The position numbers and the translations under genes are program-made. This document shows, in pieces, positions 1 through 9,984 of a DNA stretch of 54,795 bases. Origin of the DNA: Thermomicrobiales bacterium (GTDB taxonomy: Bacteria; Chloroflexota; Chloroflexia; Thermomicrobiales; UBA6265); contig JAICKJ010000001.1 of assembly GCA_025928015.1 (NCBI GenBank), positions 1 through 54,795 on the forward strand, given 5' to 3'. Below the pieces are notes generated by a model. It did not search any database, was not told the DNA's origin, and saw nothing but the letters and a program-made list of their open reading frames with translations. Within the stretch, counting starts at the first letter, position 1, and every line of letters begins with the position of its first letter.

Positions 1-41
1 ATAGTCTCGTCTCAGGACGAGATGGCGGTCCACGGCGATGC

Positions 42-485
42 TCACGCCGTGCGCTGGAAGGACTGGATCAGGAAGCGACGGGTCTGGGTATCGCGCAGGA
101 GGAGGCCGGCCCAGACGAGCAGACCGAGCACGACCGGGAAGACGAACGACTGCTCCACCCGGAGCTGAGCCGCGGTCGCGCCGCCGAGGTAACCGGTCAA
201 CAGGACCGCGCCAATCAATCCCGTGCGGGGGATCGTCCAGAGCGCGGTGCAGACGAGCAGGATCAGACCGATCCAGTGAATCTGATGCGACGGGTAGCCG
301 AGATCGACGGTTCCGTTGACAGCCGGGTCCAGCCGCAGCGCCTTCATGGCGCCATCGACGAGCAGGAAGACCAGGACGAAGGCGGAGATCACCCGTCCGC
401 TCCACAGGCTCCACAGGAGATTGCGCGGTTGCGTCAACGGCGCGCGTTCTGCCCGGTTGGTGCGCTGCATCGCTTGCTGGCCCAT
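42..485 (-). CDS. DoxX family membrane protein
   Basis: 147 aa, about 4 TM segments, DoxX_2-like motifs (DGAMK...LGYP...PRTGLIGAVLLTGYLGGA); AG-rich RBS upstream. Confidence 0.85.
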   Translation of the reverse strand: MGQQAMQRTNRAERAPLTQPRNLLWSLWSGRVISAFVLVFLLVDGAMKALRLDPAVNGTVDLGYPSHQIHWIGLILLVCTALWTIPRTGLIGAVLLTGYLGGATAAQLRVEQSFVFPVVLGLLVWAGLLLRDTQTRRFLIQSFQRTA

Positions 486-609
486 TCGTTCCCCCTCCCC
501 TTCTGCTCAAGGAAACTTGATCGGGCGGTTCTGATCCGATCATAGACGGGCAGCGATGGGAGCCGCTTCTTCGATCTTGCCGTTCCTGTCGAGATCGCCG
601 GCGCGCCGG

Positions 610-726
610 CTAGCGGTTTTGATGCCGGGGGTCGAAGGCGTCGCGCAGACCGTCGCCCATCAGATTGAAGGCGAGCACGGTGACGAAGATCGCCATGCCC
701 GGGAAGAAGGTCGGCCACCAAGCGAA
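610..726 (-). pseudogene. 3'-end remnant of a DppC/OppC-type ABC permease
   Basis: Manual translation [37 protein letters not shown], the canonical DppC C-terminus; no upstream permease body. Confidence 0.85.
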
Positions 727-798
727 GCTATGCTCGCAATGGAGCCTCGTGCCGGTGACCACCCTGGCAAATAAGCTCCGCTGAGCCAGCGTAACAGC

Positions 799-827
799 TT
801 GACAGGGTCCCGGCTGCCGAGTACCGT
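799..827 (+). promoter_or_regulatory. sigma70-type promoter of the ABC operon
   Basis: TTGACA-N17-TACCGT about 50 nt upstream of ATG 877; GGAGG RBS. Confidence 0.6.
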
Positions 828-876
828 GCCCAGAGAAGCGGCATCCTATGGCGACCAGAGGCGGAGGTGACCACCC

Positions 877-2517
877 ATGAGCGACGAGACGAGTCCGCGC
901 GGGCGGGTCGACGTTTCACGACGTGCCTTCCTGGGTGGCATGGCTGCAACCGCGGCCGCGGCCATCCTCCCCACGGCGAGCCAGGCGGCCAGCTCGACAC
1001 AGTCGGCGCAGCCCAAACCGGGCGGCAGCATTCTCATCGGCACGCTCGGTGAGGCAAACACGATCAATCCCTTCGCCTCCGCCGACTCAGAGGGGGACAT
1101 TCGCGTCAAGATGCTCTTCGATGAGCTGGTGCGCCTCGATCCCAAAACGCTCGTGCCGAAACCGTCCCTCGCCAAGTCATGGAAGATCGCCGGCAATACG
1201 TTCACGTTCACCTTGCAGGATGCGACGTTCTCGGATGGGTCCCCGCTCACGGCCGACGATGTCGCCTTCACCATGAAAGGCATCCTCGCCAAAGCCACCG
1301 CCAGCCCGAGACAGACGTATCTCCTCTCGATCCAGGGCGCGAAGGACTACGCCGCGGGCACCGCTCAGGACGTCGCGGGCATCAAGGTCGCCGACCCGAA
1401 AACGCTCGTCGTCACACTGGCCCAGCCGGATGCCTCCTTTCTCGCCAATATGCGCTTCGTCAGTCCGGTGCCGATGAAGCTGCTGCAAGGCAAGGATCTC
1501 TCGCGGGCTTCGCATGAGTCTTTTTTCCAGCATCCGGTCGGGGCGGGCGCGTTCACGTTTGTCTCCTGGAACATCGGCGGCGATTTCGTGGCGGCGCGCA
1601 ATCCGCACTACTTTGAGAGCGGGCTGCCCTATTTGGATAAAGTCACGTACCGTGTCATTCCGGACGCCCAAAGCCTCGTCAATTCATTGCTCTCGGGCGA
1701 CATTGACGGCTCCCTCTATCCCAGTCCCGCGGGCGCCGACAAGCTGAAGGCGAACAAGGATCTTGCCGTGCTCGTCCCGCCCTTCAGCGCGCCGGACGGC
1801 TGGCAGTTCAACTTCAGGAATCCGTACCTGGCCAAGCAAGAAGTCCGCATGGCGGTGGCGATGGCGCTCGACATGAATCAGTTTGCCAAGGACTCCCTCT
1901 ATGGCCTCGGCAAGCCGGGTCTCGGCCCGATCGCGCCGAGCAACTATGCCTTCGACAAGGATCTTCAGCCGATCCCCTACGATCCCGACCGGGCGAAGGC
2001 GCTCCTGAAGCAAGCGGGGACACCACCGAGCGGTTTGCGCTTCACCGTCAACCAGGGCAACGTGCTACGCGAGGACTTTCTCACCTATACCCAAGCGAAA
2101 CTCCAGGAGATCGGCTGGAATATCAAACCGGAAGTAATCGAGTATGCGACAGCCGTGAGTCGCGTGCAGACGGGCGACTTCGACGTGGCCGAGTCGAACA
2201 TGGCCTCCGGCGGCGCGAGCATCGATCCTTCGGATTTGGGGCTGATTTTCGGAACAGGACAATCGCAGAACTACAGCAAGTACAGCAACCCGAAGCTGGA
2301 CACGCTGCTCGCGCAGGCGAAACAGGAACTGGACATCGAGAAGCAGAAGCCGCTCTACGCCCAGATCCAGAAGATCCTGATGCAGGATCTGCCAACCTGG
2401 TTCGCCTGGTATCGACCATTCCTGTACGTCGCCAAGAGCAAGTTCGCGGGCTACGTCGCGACCCTGGATACCGGTGGCATCTTCAGTGAAATCGAGAAGA
2501 TGTACATCAAGGAGTAG
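877..2517 (+). CDS. Peptide/nickel ABC transporter substrate-binding protein (family 5), Tat-exported
   Basis: SRRAFLGG Tat motif; LAKSW...[15 protein letters not shown] and PVGAGAF family-5 signatures. Confidence 0.93.
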   Translation: MSDETSPRGRVDVSRRAFLGGMAATAAAAILPTASQAASSTQSAQPKPGGSILIGTLGEANTINPFASADSEGDIRVKMLFDELVRLDPKTLVPKPSLAKSWKIAGNTFTFTLQDATFSDGSPLTADDVAFTMKGILAKATASPRQTYLLSIQGAKDYAAGTAQDVAGIKVADPKTLVVTLAQPDASFLANMRFVSPVPMKLLQGKDLSRASHESFFQHPVGAGAFTFVSWNIGGDFVAARNPHYFESGLPYLDKVTYRVIPDAQSLVNSLLSGDIDGSLYPSPAGADKLKANKDLAVLVPPFSAPDGWQFNFRNPYLAKQEVRMAVAMALDMNQFAKDSLYGLGKPGLGPIAPSNYAFDKDLQPIPYDPDRAKALLKQAGTPPSGLRFTVNQGNVLREDFLTYTQAKLQEIGWNIKPEVIEYATAVSRVQTGDFDVAESNMASGGASIDPSDLGLIFGTGQSQNYSKYSNPKLDTLLAQAKQELDIEKQKPLYAQIQKILMQDLPTWFAWYRPFLYVAKSKFAGYVATLDTGGIFSEIEKMYIKE

Positions 2518-2561
2518 GCCACGGCCGGCGGGCATGCGGGAATCAGGACAGGACTCTTTCG

Positions 2562-3542
2562 GTGAGCAGTCTCGGAGCCTACATCCTGCGGCGTTTGTTG
2601 CTGACCATCCCGCTCTTGTTCGGACTCTCGCTCTTCATGTTTGTGCTCATCCACCTTGCCCCTGGCGATCCCGTGCGGGCCTTCGTTTCGCAGCCGGGCG
2701 TGGATCCGAGTTTCATTGCCCAAGCACGCCATAACCTTGGCCTCGACCAGCCGCTCCCGGTTCAGTATGCGCGCTACGTCGGACACCTCCTCCGTGGAGA
2801 CTTCGGCACAGCCTATACCTTCAACAGCACGCCTGTCCTGACCTTGATCAAAGCGCGCGTGGGCGCCACCATTCTCCTTCAGGGGGTCTCGCTCGCACTG
2901 GCTCTGCTCATCGCTATTCCGCTCGGCATCCTCTCGGCGACCCGGCAGTACAGCTTTCTGGACAACACGACGACCATCGGCTCCTTCATCGGGCTGGCCA
3001 TTCCGAACTTCTGGCTCGCCTTGCTCTTGCAACTGTACCTGAGCGTCAAGCTCGGCTGGCTGCCGACCATCAGCACCGGGGAGGCAACGGCGCCGCTGCC
3101 GGGCCGCATCAGGTATTTCGTCATGCCGGTGATCGTGCTTGCGTTCCCGTCGGTCGCCTATTTCGTCCGCTTTATGCGCTCGGCGATGCTCGAAGTGCTC
3201 CGCCAGGATTACATGACCAGCGCGCGTGCCAAGGGTCTCAGTCCGCGAGTCGTGCTCTACCGGCACGGGCTACGCAACGCCCTCGTCCCGATGATCACGG
3301 TGACTGGCCTGCAGCTGGCGCAAATCCTCGGTGGCGCGGTGATCATTGAGCAGATCTTCGCCTGGCCCGGGCTTGGTCAGTTGGTTTACCAGGCCATCAC
3401 CCAGCGCGACTACCCCGTCATCCTCGGGGTGACGGAGATCTCCGGCGCCTTCGTCATCGTCGTCAGCATCCTGATCGATGTCCTCTATGTCGTGGTGGAT
3501 CCGCGCATCTCGCTCGCCCAGCAGGCCACGGCACGTGGATAG
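2562..3542 (+). CDS. ABC transporter permease, DppB/OppB type
   Basis: LAPGDP; LGLDQPLPVQY; EAA loop ARAKGLS; RDYPVILG. Confidence 0.93.
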   Translation: MSSLGAYILRRLLLTIPLLFGLSLFMFVLIHLAPGDPVRAFVSQPGVDPSFIAQARHNLGLDQPLPVQYARYVGHLLRGDFGTAYTFNSTPVLTLIKARVGATILLQGVSLALALLIAIPLGILSATRQYSFLDNTTTIGSFIGLAIPNFWLALLLQLYLSVKLGWLPTISTGEATAPLPGRIRYFVMPVIVLAFPSVAYFVRFMRSAMLEVLRQDYMTSARAKGLSPRVVLYRHGLRNALVPMITVTGLQLAQILGGAVIIEQIFAWPGLGQLVYQAITQRDYPVILGVTEISGAFVIVVSILIDVLYVVVDPRISLAQQATARG

Positions 3543-3552
3543 CAAACGCACA

Positions 3553-4482
3553 ATGGTGCAGAAGACGTCGGACCGCGTGCGGCAACAGGCCCTCCCGCCC
3601 ATTGAGGCGGAACGAAGCCACGCGCTGCTGCGTCCGCGCCGGGGTCTGGTGCTGCGCCGCTTTTTCGACAACAGGCTGGCAGTCGCTGGGCTGGTCGTCG
3701 TGGTGCTCTTCTACGCAGTCGCGGTCGCCGCGCCCTTGATCTCCCGCGACAATCCGGACGCGCTCAATCCGGGGCAGCGATCGCAACCGCCGTCGGTGGC
3801 CCATTGGCTCGGCACGGACCGGAATACCCGCGACGAGTACGCACGACTGATCCTTGGCTCACGCATCTCGCTGAGTGTCGGCACGACGGCAGTGCTCATT
3901 CTCATGACGTGCGGAACGGCGCTGGGGGCACTGGCTGGGTACTTTGGCGGCTGGGTGGACACACTCATCATGCGCTCCACTGACATCCTTTTGGCTATCC
4001 CGCAGATTCTCTTGCTCATTGCCGCGGCGGCGCTCTTTAGTCAAGATAATAGCCTCGCCGTGACCATCATCGTGATCGGACTGACCAGTTGGCCCGGGAC
4101 GGCTCGACTCGTGCGCGGGCAATTTCTCAGCCTCAAGGATCAGGAATTCATCACGGCCGCACGGACAATCGGGGCGACACCGGCACAGATTATCTGGCGG
4201 CACCTCTTCCCGAACGCCTTGGCGGTCATCATCGTCCAGGCGACGGTCTGGCTCGCCTATGCGATTCTTTTGGAAGCGAGTCTCTCCTACCTCGGTCTCG
4301 GCGTCCAGATCCCGACCCCATCGTGGGGCAATATGCTCCAGCAAGGGCAATCTGAGCTCGTGAACGGTGCGTGGTGGCTGACGGTCTTCCCGGGACTCGC
4401 GATCTTCTTCATCACCTTGGCGTTTAATCTGATGGGTGACGGTCTGCGCGACGCGCTCGACCCGCGACTACGCCACTCATGA
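3553..4482 (+). CDS. ABC transporter permease, DppC/OppC type
   Basis: HWLGTD; EFITAARTIGA; GDGLRDALDPR; start could be GTG 3535. Confidence 0.93.
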   Translation: MVQKTSDRVRQQALPPIEAERSHALLRPRRGLVLRRFFDNRLAVAGLVVVVLFYAVAVAAPLISRDNPDALNPGQRSQPPSVAHWLGTDRNTRDEYARLILGSRISLSVGTTAVLILMTCGTALGALAGYFGGWVDTLIMRSTDILLAIPQILLLIAAAALFSQDNSLAVTIIVIGLTSWPGTARLVRGQFLSLKDQEFITAARTIGATPAQIIWRHLFPNALAVIIVQATVWLAYAILLEASLSYLGLGVQIPTPSWGNMLQQGQSELVNGAWWLTVFPGLAIFFITLAFNLMGDGLRDALDPRLRHS

Positions 4483-4804
4483 GACTGGCTGTACTGGCGG
4501 TCAAGAAGGGGCATATGCGCGAGAGTCTGGCCGCCGCCTTCGCTGCCCCCGATCTCCGTCGCCTCACCAGTGTCCCCTGCCCGTTGCCCGCCATCCCGAT
4601 CAGGCCGTCACCCTGCTCGCGCTACCTCTCACTCGCGCATAAGACCTGGGTGCGACCTGTGGACGGATGACAACCGGCTGATCCGCGCCGTCCAGCACCG
4701 GCCTGCCGTTCGTGCGGTCGTTGAGCGAGTACGATTCCGCCCATTGAGGCGCCGCGTTGCCGCATGGCGCCCATGCTCGATCGTCGTGACCGAAGGGTGA
4801 ACGC

Positions 4805-6466
4805 GTGGACGACGAACGGCCCGGCCGTTCATGGGTGGCGGCATGGCGTGTGCGCCTGGCGGTGACGCGGCGGGCGCTAACCCGTTGGAGCGCGCCGGGC
4901 GTCGTGCCCGGCCGGATCGCCTATCTCGTCGCGCTTGCCGCGCTCGCCGTGCTTACGCTGGCGATGTTCCTCGTCCGCCAGCAGCTCGGGGTGCTGAACC
5001 TCACCCTCCTGTACCTGTTGCTCATCTTCGTGCTGGCGCTCTCGCTCGGCGTCGGTCCGGCGGTCCTCGCGGCCATTCTCGGCTTTCTCGCCTTCGACTT
5101 CTTCTTCCTGCCGCCGCTTTTCACCCTGACGATCAACCGGCCGGACCACGTCCTGGCCCTCTTCGTCTACCTCGGCATCGCCATTACCACCGGCGTCCTC
5201 GTCGCCCGCGTGCGCACCCGGACCGAGCTGGCGTTGCGGGAGCAACGCCGCACCGCCTTGCTCTATGACCTCAATTCGGCGCTGGTGCGGGATGTCACAC
5301 TCGACCAAATCCTGCCGACCATCGTCGCGCGGGTGGTGGAGGTCTATGGCTCGCAGGCGTGCCGGATCCTGCTGCCCGACGAGGATGGCAACTTGACGGT
5401 GCGCGCGCGCTTCCCACCGTCGGCGCCGGACCGGATCGACCGCCAGTCGCTGGCAATGGCCGGGGAAGCCGTCGCGCGGCGCTCCCCCGTTGGATTGGGG
5501 AGCACGCCGCGGATCGTGCTGCCCCACGGCGCCCGCCTGCCCCGGCGCACCTGGATCCCGCGTGAACGCGACGTGCTCTTCCTGCCGATCGCCGCCAGCG
5601 ACCGGGTCGTCGGCGTCCTCGAGGTGCAGGGGCGGCCCGGCGGTGGGCGGTTCGCTGCGGAGGACGAACGGTTGCTCGCCAGCTTCGCCGATCAGGCGGC
5701 GCTCGCCATCGAACGGGTCCGGTTGACCGAAGAGGCCACCCGCGCCGCCGTCCTGGCGCAGTCCGATAATCTCAAGTCCGCGCTGCTGTCCGCGGTGTCG
5801 CACGATTTGCGGACGCCGCTGGCGGCGATCAAGGCCTCCGCGACGGCGTTGCTCGACAATCAGGTGGACTGGACGCCGGAGGCGCGCGCCGAGCTGCTCG
5901 CCGCCATCGATGCGGAAACGGATCGCCTGACGTTGATGGTGAGCAATCTGCTCGACCTGTCGCGGATCGAAGGGGGCGCCCTGCGGCCGGATCGTGATTG
6001 GCACGACCTGGCGGAGCTGACCCACGATGCGGTGACGCGCACATGTGCCCAGACGGCCGGCCACCCGATCAGGGTGGATTTGCCGCTCGACCTGCCGCTG
6101 GTCTGGCTTGACTATGTCGAGATCGGGCAGGTGCTGGTGAATCTCCTCGTCAACGCCGCCAAATACACGCCGGCAGGCACGCCGATCGTCGTCAGCGCCC
6201 GTCGCGTGGACGGGGAGGTCGTGGTTGCCGTCGCGGATCAGGGTCCCGGGATACCGGCGAGCCGCTTGCCGTACATTTTTGACCGCTTCTACCGGGTCGA
6301 CGCCGGCCGGAGCCGCTCGGGCACCGGCATCGGCCTGGCCATCTGCAAGGGACTCGTGGAGGCCCATGGCGGGACGATCCGCGCCGAAAGCGTGGTGGGA
6401 AGCGGAACGACCATCACGTTCACCTTACCCATCGCGCCACCGAAGAAGGAGCAGCGTGCATCGTGA
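4805..6466 (+). CDS. kdpD: KdpD C-terminal half (4-TM DUF4118, GAF, HisKA, HATPase), i.e. a KdpH-type sensor kinase
   Basis: FDFFFLPP TM motif; SHDLRTPL H-box; NAAKY, DQGPGI, GTGIGL boxes; lacks the N-terminal KdpD/Usp domains; start approximate. Confidence 0.9.
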   Translation: MDDERPGRSWVAAWRVRLAVTRRALTRWSAPGVVPGRIAYLVALAALAVLTLAMFLVRQQLGVLNLTLLYLLLIFVLALSLGVGPAVLAAILGFLAFDFFFLPPLFTLTINRPDHVLALFVYLGIAITTGVLVARVRTRTELALREQRRTALLYDLNSALVRDVTLDQILPTIVARVVEVYGSQACRILLPDEDGNLTVRARFPPSAPDRIDRQSLAMAGEAVARRSPVGLGSTPRIVLPHGARLPRRTWIPRERDVLFLPIAASDRVVGVLEVQGRPGGGRFAAEDERLLASFADQAALAIERVRLTEEATRAAVLAQSDNLKSALLSAVSHDLRTPLAAIKASATALLDNQVDWTPEARAELLAAIDAETDRLTLMVSNLLDLSRIEGGALRPDRDWHDLAELTHDAVTRTCAQTAGHPIRVDLPLDLPLVWLDYVEIGQVLVNLLVNAAKYTPAGTPIVVSARRVDGEVVVAVADQGPGIPASRLPYIFDRFYRVDAGRSRSGTGIGLAICKGLVEAHGGTIRAESVVGSGTTITFTLPIAPPKKEQRAS

Positions 6467-7149
6467 CCGGCAGCCGAGTTCTCATCGTCGATGATGAGCC
6501 GCAGATCAGGCGCGCGCTGCGGGCCGCGCTCGCCGCGCACGGATATGAGGTCGCGCTCGCGGAGGATGGCGAGCAGGCGCTTGAGATCATCCCGACCTGG
6601 ACGCCCGATCTGGTCGTGCTCGACCTCGTGATGCCGCGCAAGGACGGACTGGAGGTCGTCCGGGAAACCCGCGCCTGGAGCGATGTGCCGATCATCGTGC
6701 TCTCCGCCCGCGGGCAGGAAGGGGACAAGATCGCGGCGCTGGACCTCGGCGCGGACGATTACCTGACCAAGCCCTTCGGGATCGGCGAGCTGCTGGCGCG
6801 ACTGCGCGCGTTGCTGCGGCGACGCCGTGAACCGGCCACGCAGGCGATCACCGCGGGTGAGGTCACCATCGATCTGGAGCGGCGGCTGGTGCGGCGCGGA
6901 GATGAAGACATCCATCTGACCCCACGGGAATACGATCTCCTGGCCGTGCTGGCAACGAACGCCGGTCGCGTGCTGACGCACCGCCAGCTCCTCGAACGGG
7001 TCTGGGGTGGGTACGCCGCCGAGAACTCCCAGCAATTGCGCGTCTACATCAACTACCTCCGCCGCAAGCTGGAGCGCGAGCCATCGCGCCCGGCGATCAT
7101 CGTCACCGAGCCCGGCGTCGGCTACCGGCTGGTGCTGCCCGAATCCTGA
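6463..7149 (+). CDS. kdpE: OmpR-family response regulator KdpE
   Basis: VDDEPQIRR; KIAALDLGADDYLTKPF; LRRKLE...TEPGVGYR; overlaps the kinase stop (GTGA). Confidence 0.93.
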   Translation: MTGSRVLIVDDEPQIRRALRAALAAHGYEVALAEDGEQALEIIPTWTPDLVVLDLVMPRKDGLEVVRETRAWSDVPIIVLSARGQEGDKIAALDLGADDYLTKPFGIGELLARLRALLRRRREPATQAITAGEVTIDLERRLVRRGDEDIHLTPREYDLLAVLATNAGRVLTHRQLLERVWGGYAAENSQQLRVYINYLRRKLEREPSRPAIIVTEPGVGYRLVLPES

Positions 7150-7155
7150 TCGTTT

Positions 7156-7210
7156 TCTAACGCTCCCCGTTCCCATTCTTACGCGCCTCTAACGCCCACA
7201 TCCCTATGCT
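7156..7210 (+). promoter_or_regulatory. Putative KdpE-binding direct repeats plus -10 box
   Basis: TCTAACGC (7156), TCTTACGC (7177), TCTAACGC (7188), periods 21 and 11 bp; TATGCT at 7205-7210. Confidence 0.65.
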
Positions 7211-7264
7211 CCACACCAGTCGGCTCCCATATGGGAGCCCACGGTAGAAGGAGCGAACGGCGGG

Positions 7265-7639
7265 ATGCGCATTCTCATGGTCGAAGACGAGCCACACGTC
7301 CGCAACGCGTTGCAACGCGCGCTCGCCGCGCATGGGCACGGCGTGGCGGCGTGTGGCACCGCTGCCGACGCGCTGTCCGCGCTTCGTCAACGTCCGTTCG
7401 ACCTGCTGATCCTTGACGTGAATCTCCCCGACCGCAGCGGGTGGGCCGTGCTCCGCCAGCAAGCGAACGGGGCGTTGCCGCCGGCGATCGTCATGTCGGC
7501 GGTGGCTCCCCACAGCGCCCGCGCGCGTGAGTTCCGGCCCTACGCCGTGCTGATCAAGCCGTTCCCGATCGGTTCCCTGCTCCGCCTGGCCGATCGCGTG
7601 GCCAGCGGCGAGCCGGGGAAGGAGGTGTCCGGTGGATGA
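7265..7639 (+). CDS. Stand-alone receiver-domain response regulator
   Basis: VEDE, LLILD (phospho-Asp), MSA and KPF conserved; no output domain; AAGGAG RBS. Confidence 0.88.
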   Translation: MRILMVEDEPHVRNALQRALAAHGHGVAACGTAADALSALRQRPFDLLILDVNLPDRSGWAVLRQQANGALPPAIVMSAVAPHSARAREFRPYAVLIKPFPIGSLLRLADRVASGEPGKEVSGG

Positions 7640-7718
7640 TGTCGTTCTCCTCACCCTGACGGTTGGTTCCTTCGTCCTCATGCTGCTCTACGTGGCGGCG
7701 TGCGAGCGACTGCGATGA
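7632..7718 (+). CDS. 28-aa hydrophobic Kdp accessory peptide (KdpZ-like)
   Basis: GTG start after AAGGAGG; MDDVVLLTLTVGSFVLMLLYVAACERLR; single TM with the CERL ending typical of peptides preceding kdpF. Confidence 0.75.
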   Translation: MDDVVLLTLTVGSFVLMLLYVAACERLR

Positions 7719-8029
7719 CCGCCGACCGAGGGGCTCCACGAACGGAGCTGATCGCGGCGTGCGACGTCGTGGCCGACGACCCGAGTGTCAGCATGGCGCT
7801 CGTCGTGCTCCCGCGCCGGCTCCGCTATCGGGATCTGGGACCGTTCGCGGTGGTGCGGCAAGGGCATGAGGCGCAGCTTCACCGGCGGCTCGATGGCGGA
7901 CTCGACCTCGTCGTCCTGGACGCGGCCGCGTCCGTGGCGAGCGCCGAGGCGCCCTCCAGCTCCCATTCCACGCGCCACGCGCCCGCGTGGGTGAGGCACC
8001 TGATGCACCTGACGGAATCCGTGCGATGA
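7715..8029 (+). CDS. Hypothetical 104-aa protein within the kdp operon
   Basis: ATGA overlaps with both flanking small ORFs; no recognised domain. Confidence 0.6.
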   Translation: MTADRGAPRTELIAACDVVADDPSVSMALVVLPRRLRYRDLGPFAVVRQGHEAQLHRRLDGGLDLVVLDAAASVASAEAPSSSHSTRHAPAWVRHLMHLTESVR

Positions 8030-8115
8030 GCGCCGGCGAGTGGGGCGCGCTCGCGCTGGCGGTCCTGGCGCTCGGCTATCTGGTCTACGCGTTGCTCTGG
8101 CCCGAGCGCTTCTGA
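8026..8115 (+). CDS. kdpF: K+-transporting ATPase subunit F
   Basis: [29 protein letters not shown] contains the YLxYALxxPExF signature; directly upstream of kdpA. Confidence 0.92.
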   Translation: MSAGEWGALALAVLALGYLVYALLWPERF

Positions 8116-8149
8116 TGCGCTCGGGTCTTGGGGAGGGAGGAATGGGATC

Positions 8150-9940
8150 GTGACGGCCATCGGCGCGGTGCAGCTCGTCGTCTATCTGCTCATCCTGGCG
8201 GCCATCGTGCGGCCGTTGGGGGCGTATCTCGCCCGCGTTTTCACCGGCGAGCGCCTGCTCCTCTCGTCCGTGCTCGGGCCGGTGGAGCGCGGCATCTACC
8301 GGGTGTCCGGCGTGGACGCCGCGGCGGAGATGCGCTGGACGACGTACGCCGTGGCGATGTTGCTCTTCAATTGCTGTGGCGTCGTCCTGCTCTACGCACT
8401 GCAACGACTCCAGCACGGCTTGTCGCTCAACCCAATGGACCTCGACAACGTGGCGCCACGGCTCGCGTTCAACACGGCCGTCTCCTTCGTCACGAACACG
8501 AACTGGCAGGCGTACGCGGGCGAGTCGACGGTGAGCTATCTCACGCAGATGGCCGGGCTGACGGTCCAGAACTTCGTCTCCGCCGCCACCGGTCTCGCGA
8601 TCGCGATCGCGCTGGTACGCGGCTTCGCGCGGCATTCCGCGCGTCAGATCGGCAATTTCTGGGTCGATCTCGTGCGCGGCACCCTTTACGTGCTGCTACC
8701 GATCTCGGTCATTGGCTGTATCGTCCTCGTGGCGCTCGGCGTGCCGCAGACGTTGCACGGCTCCGTCACGGCGACCGGACTCACCGGCGCCCGGCAACTG
8801 ATCGTCGTGGGGCCGGTCGCCTCCCAGGAGGTGATCAAGGAGCTGGGCACGAACGGCGGCGGGTTCTTCAACGCCAACTCGGCCCATCCGTTCGAGAATC
8901 CGACGCCGCTCTCCAACCTGCTGGAGATGGTGCTGATCCTCGCGATCCCGGCCGCGCTGACCTACACCTTCGGCAAGATGGTCGGCAACACGCGCCAGGG
9001 CTGGGCCATCTTCGCGACGATGGCGATCCTCTTCGTCGTCGGCGTGCTCGTGGCGACGGTGGCCGAGCAGCACGGCAACGACCTCTTCCGCGCGCTCCAT
9101 ATCGACCAGACGGCCAGCCACCTGTCGGCGGGCGGCAACATGGAGGGGAAGGAGGTCCGCTTCGGCATCAACAGCTCGGCGCTCTTCGCGGTGATCACCA
9201 CCGTCGCGTCATGCGGCGCCGTGAACGCGATGCACGACTCGTTCACCCCGCTGGGTGGGCTGATCCCGCTGGCGAACATCGGGCTGGGCGAGGTGATCTT
9301 CGGCGGCGTCGGCGCCGGGCTCTACGGCATCCTCCTCTACGCCGTCGCCGCCATCTTCATCGCCGGCCTGATGGTCGGTCGCACGCCGGAGTATCTCGGC
9401 AAGAAGATCGAACCGTACGACGTCAAGATGACGATGCTCGCGCTGCTGATCCTGCCGCTCGTCATCCTCGGCTTCGCCGGTGTGACGGTGATCACCAGGA
9501 CCGGGTTGGCGTCCGTCCTCAATCCGGGCCCGCACGGCCTGTCGGAGATTCTCTACGCCTTCACCTCCGGCGTGGGCAACAACGGCTCCGCCTTCGCCGG
9601 TCTCAGCGCCAATACTCCCTTCTACGACCTAACCATGGGCATCGCCATGCTGGCGGGACGCTTCCTGATGATCGTCCCGATCCTGGCCCTGGCCGGCTCA
9701 CTCGCGGCCAAGAAGCGCCTGACCGCGACCGCCGGCACCTTCCCGACGACGGGACCGCTCTGGGTCGGGCTGCTCGCCGGCGTGATTCTGATCGTCGGCG
9801 CTGTCACCTACGTTCCCGCCTACAGCCTGGGGCCGATCGTCGAGCAACGGCAGATGACGACCGGCGTGACGTTCGACGCGTCCACGTTCGGCACGACGCC
9901 CTATCAAGCCGTTCCTCAGGCACCCGCCTCGGTGCCATAG
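8150..9940 (+). CDS. kdpA: K+-transporting ATPase subunit A
   Basis: TNTNWQ, GTNGGG, ASCGAVN and GNNGSAFAG filter loops; [11 protein letters not shown]. Confidence 0.97.
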   Translation: MTAIGAVQLVVYLLILAAIVRPLGAYLARVFTGERLLLSSVLGPVERGIYRVSGVDAAAEMRWTTYAVAMLLFNCCGVVLLYALQRLQHGLSLNPMDLDNVAPRLAFNTAVSFVTNTNWQAYAGESTVSYLTQMAGLTVQNFVSAATGLAIAIALVRGFARHSARQIGNFWVDLVRGTLYVLLPISVIGCIVLVALGVPQTLHGSVTATGLTGARQLIVVGPVASQEVIKELGTNGGGFFNANSAHPFENPTPLSNLLEMVLILAIPAALTYTFGKMVGNTRQGWAIFATMAILFVVGVLVATVAEQHGNDLFRALHIDQTASHLSAGGNMEGKEVRFGINSSALFAVITTVASCGAVNAMHDSFTPLGGLIPLANIGLGEVIFGGVGAGLYGILLYAVAAIFIAGLMVGRTPEYLGKKIEPYDVKMTMLALLILPLVILGFAGVTVITRTGLASVLNPGPHGLSEILYAFTSGVGNNGSAFAGLSANTPFYDLTMGIAMLAGRFLMIVPILALAGSLAAKKRLTATAGTFPTTGPLWVGLLAGVILIVGAVTYVPAYSLGPIVEQRQMTTGVTFDASTFGTTPYQAVPQAPASVP

Positions 9941-9984
9941 CCATTGAGGTGAACGGCGTTTTTGCAGGAGCGGTTGACGACACG

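Noticed and set aside
4483..4804. c-di-AMP (ydaO) riboswitch upstream of kdp genes
   Set aside because: Conserved GCTGAATCC...GGGGAACC and CCGTCAGCTAAC elements are not present here or at 7150-7265
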